Assembly: GCF_000372725.1 (NCBI RefSeq)
Contig: NW_005201191.1
Span: forward strand, 92,745-156,744
DNA length: 64,000 bases
Source of the DNA: Emiliania huxleyi CCMP1516
Lineage: Eukaryota
Direction of reading: 5' to 3'
Shown piece after piece: positions 1 to 12,300 of the stretch; within the stretch, counting starts at the first letter, position 1; each line of letters begins with the position of its first letter. Position numbers and translations under genes: made by a program. The notes below the pieces were generated by a model, which was not told the origin of the DNA, did no database searches, and worked only from the letters and a program-made list of their open reading frames with translations.

Positions 1-189
1 AAACAGGGGGTTGGGACAGTCTGGTGACAAGGAGGGAATACAAACGCTTGAGTGTTACAGAGAGTCAAAGGGTGGCAGAAAACTTTTTTGAGATCGAAAA
101 ATTGACGAAAGACGGGGAACGGCGGCAAGTGGGAAAGAACAGTGACCTCGGGAAGGCGAGGTCTGGCGGAAGTGGGGTCGGCGGTGTCA

Positions 190-232
190 AGGGCGGCGGC
201 GGCGAGGGCGGCGGCGGTGGCGGTGGGCTGAC

Positions 233-316
<84 letters not shown>

Positions 317-440
317 GGCAGTGGGGGCAGCAGCGGTGGTGAAGGTGGCGGGAGCGGTGCGGTCGGCCCGGGTGGCAATGGAGAGGGTGGTGGCGGCGAG
401 GGCGGAGGAGGCGAGGGCGGAGGCGAGGGCGGAGGCGAGG
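190..440. repeat. (GGC)n / GC-rich microsatellite
   Basis: Long GCG/GGC run followed by GGCGAG variants. Confidence 0.9.
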
Positions 441-859
441 GTGGGGTGAATGGCGGGGGCGAGGGCGGCGGCGGGGATGGCCAGAGCGGCGGGGAAGCGA
501 AGGAGACGCGCGAGGAGAAGGTTGCCCGGCTGGAGAAGGAGGGTTGGGGGCAGCAAAACCGCATGCGCCGCGGGCGGGGCGGCGGGCCGGCGCGAGCACT
601 GAGCGCACTGAGCATGTTCTTTCGCATAATCCCGCTGTAGTTTAATATCAGGGCCGGTGTGCGCCGGATCCGGCGGATGCGCGGCAGGCCAGAGGCCGAT
701 GTGTGGATGTGCAGGACCACCACACATACGCACCAGAAGTTACACACACAGGGAACACAACAACCACGAGCACACCGGTTAGCCCTGTATCTCGGCAGGC
801 CGCGGGCGGAGGCAGGGTAACGATGATCGATGTGGAGCGTGAGGCTCAGTTGCACGCAC

Positions 860-1195
860 CCCAACGTTGCCGCGGTAGTCAGCGTCAATCACGCCGGCGC
901 CCGTGTCGATGAAGTGCTTCCAGGCGAGGCCGGAGCGGGGCGCGATGCGGCCATAGCAGCCCTCCGGCACGATCATCGCCAGGTCCGTCTTGACGAGAGC
1001 CTTGCCGCGCGCGGGCACGACGCAGGCGTGCGCGGCCGAGAGGTCGTAGCCAGCGGCGAGCGGCGAGCCGCGCACTGGAAGCTTGGCGTGCTCGGAGAGC
1101 CGCTTCACGACGAGGCTGCCGGCCGGCTCGAGGCGCGGCAGCTTGGCGGCGGGGCCGTCCAGCGACCCGGTCGTCGCGATGATGCCGCTAAGCAT
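860..1195 (-). CDS. DUT: dUTPase, first exon only (motifs I-III); the remainder was not found in the window
   Basis: Translation has [24 protein letters not shown] and [14 protein letters not shown], followed by a GTGCGT splice donor at ~859. ATG at 1195. Confidence 0.88.
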
Positions 1196-2092
1196 TTTGT
1201 GCACGTGAAGAGCAGGTTTCGGCCTCGACCTGACGCCAGCATGCATGGGTCGGGTGAGCAGAGCAAACGACGGGAGCGCGTGATGGCGCCCTGCGAGCCG
1301 GCGCGCAGTGTGCGCTGCGATGAAGACTCGCCGTGTATGATGCGCGCGCAGCAGGGAGAGCGGCGGGCGAGCTTGGATCGCTCTCCGGGCTCCACATCTC
1401 CGAGTCGGAGGGAGTGTCGTATTGAGATTGCTTCGCTCCCGCGCGGCGGACGGGCGGCGCACGTGTGGGCGTGCGCAGAACGCGAGCGAGACGTGGGATG
1501 TTTGGGGCCGTGCCGTGTCGATTCGACCTACGTTCCCGCTCGGCGAGCCTCGACGCGGCGCAGGAAGCCGTGACGGCTGGTGCTGCACACCGCCATCGCA
1601 GCGTGTTGAAAAGGCGCTCTTGTCGCCACCGCGGTGGTGATCGAGCGCGTCGCGCACACGATAAAACGTGCGTACGCGATGGTGGTGAGCTCGGTCGAGG
1701 GTGGTGGGCCGAAAACGCGAGTAGGTACGGCCGCGCGGAGCTCGCCAGAAATCGCGCGCTTCGCACAAATCGGCCTGACAGCCCAAGTCCCAACACCACC
1801 CGGGGACCACCACCACCCGTGTCCCAAAGTGAGAATTCCGATTGTTCGTCTGTGCGAGGAGCTTTGTTGTTAAGTGACTCGTTCGTTCCCGCTCGTTCGC
1901 TTTCCACCCAATGTGTTGATTTGAGAGCTCTGAGAGAGTTGTGTTGTTTGAGCTGTGTGTCAGATTTGTTTTGTCTGTGTCAGTGTCTTGCTTTGCCAAC
2001 ATCATACAAACTAAAACACACTAAAACACACGAAAAAAAAACACACGGCGTGGGAGACAGGAGAGAATTTCTTTTGTAAAATTCTTTGTGTC

Positions 2093-5000
2093 ATGACGAC
2101 GGCCGACAGATGTACCCCAGGCGAGGGCATGGTCCTCAAATGTGCTGCGTGCGACGACGACAACGAGACCAAGACGTTTGCCCTGCGCGGCACGCTAGCG
2201 CATGCCACGTCGCCGTCCACAATCGAGGTATTGCGCGATGCGCTCGTCGTCGTCACTGATGGCGTTATCACCAATATTGTGCAAGGCGCCGACGCTGATG
2301 CACTGCAATCGACGTTGCATGACGTCACGCAACTCGCCGAGGATAGCATTCTATTACCTGGCTTCGTGGATACTCATGTGCACCCGGCGCAGGTCACGTT
2401 TGCCGGGAGCGGCACTGACCGACCGCTGCTCGGCCCAACCGGCTGGCTAGAGTGCTACACCTATCCCGCCGAGCGCGCCTGGGCCGACCCGACGGTTGCG
2501 GCGGAGGTTTCGGGCGCGGTCGTGCGCCGCGCGCTCAAGCACGGATGCACGACCGCCGTTTACTTTGGCACAATCCACCTCGAGGGCACTCTCAAGCTCG
2601 TCGACGCGTGCCTTGAGCAAGGCCTGCGCGCCGTCGTCGGCAAGGTGTGCATGGACCGCTGCTCGCCGGCCGACTATGTCGAGTCCACCGAGGCGTCGCT
2701 GAGCGATATGGAGGCCTTCGTGCAGGCGACGATCGCCAAGGCGGAGGTCGCACATCCGAATGGGCCGCTCGTCCACCCGGCGCTCACGCCGCGTTTCATC
2801 CCGACGTGCAGCACCGCGCTGCTCGCGGGTCTCGGCGAGATCGCCCGCAAGTACAATGGCAGTGATGGGGGCGACGGCGGCTCGCGCGCCAACAAGGTCT
2901 TCGTGCAGTCGCACATCGCCCAATCGGCCGACCAGCTCGCCTTTGTGGAGCAGCTGCACCCGGGCCAGCGCGACGCGGCGCTCTTCGACGCCGCCGGGCT
3001 GCTCACCGACCGCTGCGTCCTTGCCCACGCCATGCATCTCGACGAGAGCGAGCTGCAGCTCATCGCCCGCCGCAAGTCGGCGCTCGCCTTCTGCCCGCTG
3101 AGCAACGTCTTCCACACGGAGAAGCCCGCGTCCACCCTCGACGCGCCGAACGCGTGGCGCTGCGGATGTAACGTCGGACTCGCGACGGACACCGCCGGCG
3201 GCTACGCCCCGTCGATGCTCCACGCGTGCCGCACGGCAGTCATCGCCTCGCGCTGCCTGCACAAGGACACGACCGTCGACTGGAAGTACGCCTTCTGGCT
3301 TGCGACGCGCGGCGGCGCCGCGGCCCTCAGCATGCCCATCGGAGGCTTCGAGGTCGGCAATGAGTTTGACGCGCAGCTCGTCGACCCGTCCGCCGGCGAC
3401 GTGCTGCTGCTGCCGGGCGGCACGAGGAGGAACAGCAGCAGCACGCAGATGAAGGACAAGCCGCCGGAGGAGGCGATGGCGCTGGGCGTGCTCGAAAAGT
3501 ATGTCAACCTCGGCGACGACCGCAACGTCGCGGCCGTGTGGGTGCGTGGAAAGCAGGTGCACCTCAACGACGCGAGCAGCGCCGCGGCCGCCTTTATCCG
3601 GCTGCGCGGCGGACACGGCGGCGGCGCAGTGGCGGCGAAGGAGGACGACGCGGCCGGCGCGGCGGAGTCCGTGCGGCTCTTCTCGGCGTACGTGCGCAGC
3701 GTGTGGCTCCTGCAGGGGCTGATGCAGTGCTACGGCGGCTCGTCCGTGGGCGGACTGTTCGCGCGCTCGAACACGGTGCTGATCGCGTGCGTGCTGCTCA
3801 CGAGCCTCACCGCCTCGAAGCGCCTCTTCGCCGCGACCACCCTCGCGCGGCTCTGCCTCCGCCTCATCAACGTGCCCTTTATCTGGGAGGTCGAGATCTG
3901 GGCGGTCCTCATGGACCTCACGCTGCTGTGCAGCGGCTGCGACGTCGTCAGAGCCGCGGCCGCCATCCGCGCGCAGCTCATCACCTTCTACGCGGGCGCC
4001 GCCTTCTGGAAGATTAACACGTCGTGCGCCGTCCACCACGCGTGATACCCGAACCGCGGCGTTACTCTGGCCTGCTGACAGGCGAGCGCTCGAGCGTGCC
4101 CCCTCCCTTTTGCGGCAGGTTCCTCGACGCGACCACCTCGTGCGGCACCATCTTCTTCGCCCAGCTCCTGGCCGCGTACGCGCCCTCCAGCGTCGTCACC
4201 AGCCCCGCCGTCGCGTCGCTGCTCCGCCTCGCCGCGCCCCTCGCCGCCCTCGCCGTCGAGCTCCTCGTGCCCATCCTGCTCCTCTGCTGGCGGAAGCTCG
4301 GCCTCGCCCTCGCGCTCCTCTTCCACCTCCTCGTCGTCCTCACGCCGCCGCCCAATAACGCCGGCGGCTTCTCCGTCTGCGCCGCGCAGTACCTCTTCTT
4401 CTTCGCGCCGGACGCCACCGCCGCGGTGCTCTCCGAGGTCGCAAAAGGCGACACGACCGCGCGCGCCCTCGCGCTCGCCACCGGCATCGCCTTCTCCCTC
4501 GGCCGCCGCGTCGGCACGCACCCCTTCTTCTTTGACACGGCGCCGTGCGCCTACTTCGTCCAGCTCGTCATCCTCGCACGCACCGTCTACAAGATGCCCA
4601 TGTTCACGGCGACCACGCCGACGACGACAGCGCCGCCTCCCGCAGCATCAGTATCGGCGACGCGCGTGACGCTGCCGCTGGTCGCGGCGGTGCTCTACGC
4701 GTTTGTGCTGCCGAGCCTCGGCGTCCTCGACCAGATGGCGCCCAATATGTTCTCGAACCAGCGCTACCACGCCGGCTCCAACCACCTGCTCGTGCCGACC
4801 GGCCTGCTGCACGCGTCCCTCGGCGTGGGCGCCTTCAGCGTCATCCGCGTGCACAAGACGTCCTCGCTCCTCATCGGCCGGCAGTACCCCGCCGAGGTGA
4901 CGGCCTCGTTCGACCCGGCCGCGCGCCAGCTGCTCAAGAGCGTCGGCCACTCGGCACGCATGTGGAACCCTATGCTCGGCCGCGTCATCGGGCTGATGGC

Positions 5001-5412
5001 CGTCGCGGGGCCCGTGCCCGAGGACGCCGCGTCCAAGCCCGACGCGCGGTACACGCTGCCCGCGATCGAGCTGCGCCGCCTCATTGGCGAGGCCAAGGCC
5101 GCCGGCGAGTCCTTTGCGCTCGAGTATGCGCGCCTCGACACGCTCGAGCCGCCGAACGGCGCGGCGAGCGCCGAGGCGTGGCGCGCCAAAAGCAAGGGCA
5201 CACACGTCACGTACACGTACGACGCGGCTAGTGGCAGCGCCAAGTGCCACGTCGGCAAGGGCCTCCTCGCGGGCCTCCTCTCGCCGTGTGCGCCCGACGA
5301 GGTGGCGCTGCTCCCGCCGCCGCCGTGGTGGGCGACCAAGCTCGCGGCGTTCCAGCCGTTGCCAATCTTGACGGGTGAGGGGTGGGGCGAGGTGCATTGC
5401 TATGGGCCGTGA
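2093..5412 (+). CDS. Guanine-deaminase-like amidohydrolase (2093-~3570) fused via an RLRGG linker to an HTTM-like multi-pass membrane domain; exons 2093-4023 and 4119-5412
   Basis: GDA motifs: LPGFVDTHVH, WLECYTYPAE, GCTTAVYFGTIH, GKVCMDR, TPRFIPTCS, LAHAMHL, GLATDTAGG, NLGDDRNV. Removing the GT-AG intron 4024-4118 gives in-frame FYAGAAFWKINTS|FLD, which is HTTM-like and followed by several hydrophobic helices. Confidence 0.8.
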
Positions 5413-5747
5413 TTGAGAGGTTCGTGTAGTTTTGTGGGAGGGTTGTGGTGATTGGATGGCTCTTGCCTTCCGGAGGGTTGTGGTGATTGGAGAAGGGTTG
5501 TGGTGATTGGAGACTTGAAACTTCGGAAGGAAAGAGCTAGTCGTGGGGCGTGCGCGGCGTCAGCGACGACAGGTGCACGCGGTGTGCCTTCCAAAATGTC
5601 CGGCATTCGCACGTGCGGCCTGCCGCCGGTGGCAGTTTCTCGCCAATTCTCGCAGCTTTCACAAGTATTTTTTTCCGAAGAATATATATATTTTTAGCAA
5701 TGCAATCAGCGATTCCTGTTTGCGACGTCAAACGAATGCACATCCCC

Positions 5748-6230
5748 ATGCTCATCCTCGCCGCCCTCGCGACGCCCTCGAGTGCCGCCTCTCGTCTGCG
5801 CGAGGAGCCAATCACCACGCGCAACCGCACCTACAAAACCAAGACGCTCCGGACCGACCCGCCGGAGCTCGCCATCCCGGCGTCCGGCTCGCGCACACTC
5901 AAGAAGGCAGCGGAGATCCCGCCCCGCGACGCCTGGGAGGGCGCCACCTTCCATCCGACCTTCTCCTTCCCGTTCAACCTCTCCAAGTTCAGCGGCGCCG
6001 TCTCACGCGCCGCCGGCCCGACGTCCTTAAAGCACGCCATCGGCGCCTACGCCAAGCTCGCCTCCTTTGTCGAGACTTCCGGCGCGACCAAGATCGGCCA
6101 GGTGAGCTTCACGACCGCCACGGCCCGCTCAGAGATCGAGACGGCCTCCCTGCTCTTCCAGCCTTGTGCGGCGCTGGCGCTGCTCCTCGCGGCGTGCCGC
6201 GGGCTGCTCCTGCGTGGGCAGCACAGGTGA
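5748..6230 (+). CDS. Small hypothetical protein with a signal-peptide-like N-terminus and a hydrophobic C-terminus; may be spliced to the downstream Pro-rich exon
   Basis: Starts MLILAALATPSSA and has strong GC3 bias. An AT-rich segment lies upstream (5660-5700). Confidence 0.45.
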   Translation: MLILAALATPSSAASRLREEPITTRNRTYKTKTLRTDPPELAIPASGSRTLKKAAEIPPRDAWEGATFHPTFSFPFNLSKFSGAVSRAAGPTSLKHAIGAYAKLASFVETSGATKIGQVSFTTATARSEIETASLLFQPCAALALLLAACRGLLLRGQHR

Positions 6231-7461
6231 AGAAGAAGAGGGTGGAGGTCCGCGGCAATGCAGCTGACTCCGTCCACTTGCTCTCCAGCACACATGCTCT
6301 CCGAGTTGGCATTGTGGTCACATTCTTACTTCAGGGCGCATGCGGCACACCAGCGGTACAGCCCGTCAACGTCAGCAGCCCTTCGCCGCCGCCGCCCTCT
6401 CCGCCGCCGCACTCTCCGCCGCTGCCTCCGAGCCCGCCGCCCCCATCGCCGCCGCCACCCTCCCCGCCGCCTCCGTCGCCTCCGCCCCTCGCGCCGCCGC
6501 CCTCGCGTCCACCGCCCTTGCCGCCGCCGCCCTCGCCGCCGTCATGCACCTCGAATCAGGTCCAGCAGAATGCACCCAACGTCGGCGGTTGGGGCGGCAC
6601 TTGCACCTGTCCCGACGGTGGCGTTTACCTGGTCGGTGATAACCTCGACTCCTGTGCCTCCCTCGCCTGCGTCGGTGGCGTCAGCGGCCTGTGCAGCCCG
6701 CACAGTGGGAATGGTGTGAAAGTCACGTGCGGCACGTGCGCACCTGCACCTCCGCCGTCGCCGCCGTCGCCACCATCGCTGCCGCCGTCGCCGCCGTCGC
6801 CACCATCGCTACCGCCGTCGCCGCCGTCCCCGCCGTCCCCGCCGCCACCGACTCTCTCTCCGCCTCCGCCGCCCTCTCCCCTGTCGCCACCCGTTCCGCC
6901 CTCTCAGCCGCCTCTGCCGCCCTCTCCGCCGCCGTCCGTGTCACCTCCATCCTTTCCAACCAATATGGACGCAACCGCTCTTGCCAACTTCGAAAGCTAT
7001 GCTGGAAGTATCAACGGCAACTGGAACGACTATCGAGTTGCATACCAGCTTGGCGTTGCTGCCACCTCAGTTGACGGTCGTGATTCCGGCCACCAAGTAA
7101 TGGTTGCTCGCTCGCCCGCCTTCACCGTGAACGTGCACGTTTCGTCTGTGCAATGCAGAACGCTAGGCGGAATAGGGGGCGGAGCTCCACTCGCCTCAAG
7201 TTCGTCCTTTTTGGGCGCAACGTCATCTCCACTTGGCTTCATGATAAACAAACTTTAGTTTGTGCTAGTGAACTGAGGAGAAGCGGGTCGAGCCTCGGCG
7301 CAGAGGGCAGCGCCTAGCGGGCGGGAACCCTTACCCCGCGCCCGTCGCTGCCCGCCGCTTTGTGCGCGGGACCTCCGAGCGCCACGAGGCTCATGACACA
7401 GCTCCCGACGAGCGTCGGCTCCTGCTCAGACAGGCGCCAACCTATCAGTTCTCAAAGCGAG

Positions 7462-8400
7462 ATGGTCCTCCAGCTGCCAACCCTCGCAGGCGCGGCGCCC
7501 CAGGACGCCGCACGCGCCGCCAGCGAGCTGGCCAGCATAGACCCAGACGAATTTCCACACGAGCCTCGAGACCGGTGACATCCTCGTCATAGAGAAGAAC
7601 TCCACCAAGAGCATCGCCTTCGTCACCAGCATCAGCGCCGGGCCGGAGGCCAGGATCGGCCTCGGCAGCCGGGCACCCCCCCGCCGCGGGGCAGACGATC
7701 TCACGGCTTTGCAGGGTCGTCAGAGAACGAGATCGTGGGCCTCCTCCGGCAGCCGGTCGGCAAGTGGCGCAGCTCGCCCGCGACGGGCGCGCGCGCGAAG
7801 ATCACCTCCTTCTACACCGGCGAGGACGGCGCCACCACCGTCAAGCTCGCCGTCATCGTCACGGAGGGGGACGACGAGGCAGCGATCGAGATGCCGATAC
7901 CCGAGTTCCTCTCCTCCTACCCCGCGGGCGCCGGCGCCGAGGGCGACGCTGCTGACGCCGGCGCCGGCGACGCCGAGCCGGCGTACGCCGCCCTCCGCGC
8001 GCTGCTCAACACCACGCGCGGTTTCTCCGCCTCCGACGTCGCCGACGAGGCCGGGGAGGAGGAGCTAGACGCTTTCCGAGCGGAGCTGTACAAGGCCAAG
8101 GAGCTGGGCGACCACGCCTCGTCCGCCGACCGCAAGGAGCGGCTCGTCGCGGCGGACGAGGCGGTCACCGCGGCGCAGGCGCGCGCCGGAGCCGACGCCG
8201 CGCTCCGCCCCCCTCGCCGGGCTCGCGCAGCAGCTGCGCACGGGTGGTTCGGCACCCACCATCAAGACGGCTGGCATCCTGGCCATGAGGTTCCTCAACA
8301 GCGTGGGAACCGCGGCCGCCGCCCCGGCACCGACCGCCACGGGGACGCAGGCGCAGGGCGGCCCGGCGCTCGAGCGCCAGCCCGCCGGCGTCGCTGAGCC
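7462..8400 (+). pseudogene. Frameshifted ORF1 (possibly gag-like) of the split-repeat element
   Basis: ATG at 7462 directly follows repeat A1. Coding-like acidic/Ala-rich sequence (EIVGLLRQPVGKW...AFRAELYKAKEL) is spread over several frames. No RT or recombinase motifs. Confidence 0.4.
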
Positions 8401-9394
8401 CGCCTTCCTCCACTACGGCGCCGGTGCGCCCAACACGCCCGAGAGACGAGCCTTTCCACCCAGCCCGATGCGAGTCTGCGAGCGACCCCCGCCGGGGGCG
8501 ATCCCTCGCCCCCCCCCCCCCCCCCTCGGCCGGCGGACACAGCGGCGCCACCGGCCGAGCCGCGAACGTGGCCCTCGAGGGCGATCCCCCCGAGGGCCGA
8601 GGGCGAATCCCTCCGTCACACGGCTGACATACNNNNNNNNNNNNNNNNNNNNNNNNNNNNNNNNNNNNNNNNNNNNNNNNNNNNNNNNNNNNNNNNNNNN
8701 NNNNNNNNNNNNNNNNNNNNNNNNNNNNNNNNGAGAAAAGTGAGAGAACAGAAGAAGCGAGAGGAAAAATAAGACAACAAGACTGCGGCCGGAGGAGGAA
8801 GAGAAAAGCAAGCGGGAAGGAGAGAGGTAACATGAGAGAACAAGAGGAGTAGAGAGGAGGAAAAAGAAAGAGAGAAGGGTGAGGGGGAGAGGAAGACAGA
8901 GGAAAAGGGGAGGAGAGCGCAAGTACATGGGAGAGAAGAAAAATAAAGAGAGGAGAGTGATAGCCCGACACGCCCAACCTCGCTTCGGCAGGCGAACACA
9001 GCGGCGCCCCGACCGAGCGGCGAACGCGGCCCTCGAGGGCGGTCCCTCCGAGGGGGGCCGAGGGCGAATCCCTCTGTCACACGGCTGACAGACGCACGAC
9101 TGTCACACGGCTGACATGATCCGAGGTTGGGAAGCGGCCCGTCGGCACGGGACCCACTCCCCCCTTCCCCCCGCCTACGGCAGGAACCACTCTCCCGCCT
9201 CCGGCGGGAGCCGCCACGGCCGGCCAAGACGGCCTCCTCCACGGCCTCGACGGCGCCGCTCTCGGAGGCGCGCCTCGCCTGGCCCTCCGTCCATACCCAC
9301 GACTGTCACACGGCTGGCACGATCCGTGGCGAAGGAGCGGCCCGTCGACACGGGACCCACTCCTCCCTCCTACCCCGCCACGGGCAGGAGCCCG

Positions 9395-12300
9395 CGCGGC
9401 CGAGGCGAGCCAGGCTGCTCGCCTCGACATGGCTCGGGCCAGCGCCATCGTGGCCGCCGCCATCGCCATCGTCCCGTTTTCCACCTACCGTCTCACGACT
9501 CGCCCACCGACACGCTGCTCGCGCGTCGTCGTGTGTGGCGTCGAGCGGGCGCCCTCGCCGGCCGCCACGCTCCCCCCTAGCGCTGCCTCGCAGGCAGCGC
9601 CGAGCCTCGCGGGCACGTAGCCCCGCTCGGCGCTCTCGGCACGGCCTCCGCCGTCGCCGCGACTCGTACCGTCCGTTAGGCAGCGCCAGCCAACGCGCAG
9701 GCGCTGCCCTCGCGCCCTCGGCACGGCGGCTCGACGCCCCTCCGCCGGGCCTCGGGCACGCGAACGCAGCCTCGCGGCTGCGGCGGCGGCAGCCAAGCTG
9801 CTCGCTTCGACATGGCTCGGGCCGGCGCCATCGTGGCCGCCGCCATCGCCATCGTCCCGTCTTTCCCCTACCGTCTCACGACTCGCCCACCGACACGCCG
9901 CTCGCGCGTCGTCGTGTGTGGCGTCGAGCGGGCGCCCTCGCCGGCCGCCACGCTCCCCCCCTAGCGCTGCCTCGCAAGCAGCGCCGAGCCTCGCGGGCAC
10001 GTCTCCCTGCTCGGCGCTCTCGGCACGGCCTCCGCCGTCGCCTCGACTCGTACCGTCAGTAAGGCAGGGCCAGCCAACGCGCAGGCGCTGCCCTCGCGCC
10101 CTCGGCACGACGGCTCGACGCCCCTCCGCCGGGCCTCGGGCACGCGAACACAGCCTCGCGGCCGCGGCGGCGGCAGCCAAGCTGCTCGCCTCGACATGGC
10201 TCGGGCCGGCGCCAACGTGGCCGCCGCCATCGCCGTCTTTCCGCCTTCGCACCGTCTCACGATTCGCCCACCGACACGCTGCTCGCGCGTCGTCGTGTGT
10301 GGCGTCGAGCGGGCGCCCTCGCCGGCCGCCACGCTCCCCCCTAGCGCTGCCTCGCAAGCAGCGCCGAGCCTCGCGGGCACGTAGCCCCGCTCGGCGCTCT
10401 CGGCACGGCCTCCGCCGTCGCCTCGACTCGTACCGTCAATTAGGCAGCGCCAGCCAACGCGCAGGCGCTGCCTTCGCGCCCTCGGCACGGCGGCTCGACG
10501 CCCCTCCGCCGGGCATCGGGCACGTGAACGCGGCCTCGCGGCTGCGGCGGCGGCAGCCAAGCTGCTCGCCTCGACATGGCTCGGGCCGGCGCCAACGTGG
10601 CCGCCGCCATCGCCATCGTCCCGCCTTTCTCCTACCGTCTCACGATTCGCCCACCGACACGCTGCTCGCGCGTCGTCGTGTGTGGCGTCGAGCGGGCGCC
10701 CTCGCCGGCCGCCACGCTCCCCCCTAGCGCTGCCTCGCAGGCAGCGCCGCGCCTCGCGGGCGCGTAGCCCCGCTCGGCGCCCTCAGCACGGCCTCCGCCG
10801 TCGCCTCGACTCGTACCGTCTGTTAGGCAGAGCCAGCCAACGCGCAGGCGCTGCCCTCGCGCCCTCGGCACGGCGGCTCGACGCCGCCCCTGCCGGGCCT
10901 CGGGCACGCGAGCGCAGCCTCGCGGCTGCGGCGGCGGCAGCCAAGCTGCTCGCCTCGACATGGCTCGGGCCAGCACCAGCGTGGCCGCCGCCATCGCCAC
11001 CGTTCCGTATTTCGCACCGTCTCACGACTCGCCCGCCGACACGCTGCTCGCGCGTCGTCGTGTGTTGCGCCGAGCGGGCGCCCTCGCCGGCCGCCACGCT
11101 CCCCCCTAGCGCTGCCTCGCAGGCAGCGCCGAGCCTCGCGGGCGCGTAGCCCCGCTCGGCGCTCTCGGCACGGCCTCCGCCGTCGCCTCGACTCGTACCG
11201 TCTGTTAGGCAGAGCCAGCCAACGCGCAGGCGCTGCCCTCGCGCCCTCGGCACGGCGGCTCGACGCCGCCCCTGCCGGGCCTCGGGCACGCGAACGCGGC
11301 CTCGCGGCTGCGGCGGCGGCAGCCAAGCTGCTCGCCTCGACATGGCTCGGGCCAGCACCAGCGTGGCCGCCGCCATCGCCACCGTTCCGTATTTCGCACC
11401 GTCTCACGACTCGCCCACCGACACGCTGCTCGCGCGTCGTCGTGCGTGGCGTCGAGCGGGCGCCCTCGCCGGCCGCCACGCTCCCCCCTAGCGCTGCCTC
11501 GCAGGCAGCGCCGAGCCTCGCGGGCACGTAGCCCCGCTCGGCGCTCTCGGCACGGCTTCCGCCGTCGCCTCGACTCGTACTGTCAGCTAGGCAGAGCCAG
11601 CCAACGCGCAGGCGCTGCCTTCGCGCCCTCGGCACGGCGGCTCGACGCCCCTCCGCCGGGCCTCGGGCACGTGAACGCAGCCTCGCGGCTGCGGCGGCGG
11701 CAGCCAAGCTGCTCGCCTCGACATGGCTCGGGCCAGCGCCATCGTGGCCGCCGCCATCGCCATCGTCCCGCCTTTCTCCTACCGTCTCACGATTCGCCCG
11801 CCGACACGCTGCTCGCGCGTCGTCGTGTGTGGCGTCGAGCGGGCGCCCTCGCCGGCCGCCACGCTCCCCCCTAGCGCTGCCTCGCAGGCAGCGCCGAGCC
11901 TCGCGGGCACGTAGCCCCGCTCGGCGCTCTCGGCACGGCTTCCGCCGTCGCCTCGACTCGTACCGTCAGCTAGGCAGAGCCAGCCAACGCGCAGGCGCTG
12001 CCTTCGCGCCCTCGGCACGGCGGCTCGACGCCCCTCCGCCGGGCTTCGGGCACGTGAACGCAGCCTCGCGGCCGCGGCGGCGGCAGCCAAGCTGCTCGCC
12101 TCGACATGGCTCGGGCCAGCGCCATCGTGGCCGCCGCCATCGCCATCGTCCCGCCTTTCTCCTACCGTCTCACGATTCGCCCGCCGACACGCTGCTCGCG
12201 CGTCGTCGTGTGTGGCGTCGAGCGGGCGCCCTCGCCGGCCGCCACGCTCCCCCCTAGCGCTGCCTCGCAGGCAGCGCCGCGCCTCGCGGGCACGTAGCCC

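Noticed and set aside
24..888. Ala/Pro/Gly-rich ORFs on both strands
   Set aside because: They are explained by GGC microsatellites and high GC.
8733..8960. Purine-rich (GA) stretch
   Set aside because: It abuts an N gap and looks like low-quality read-end sequence.
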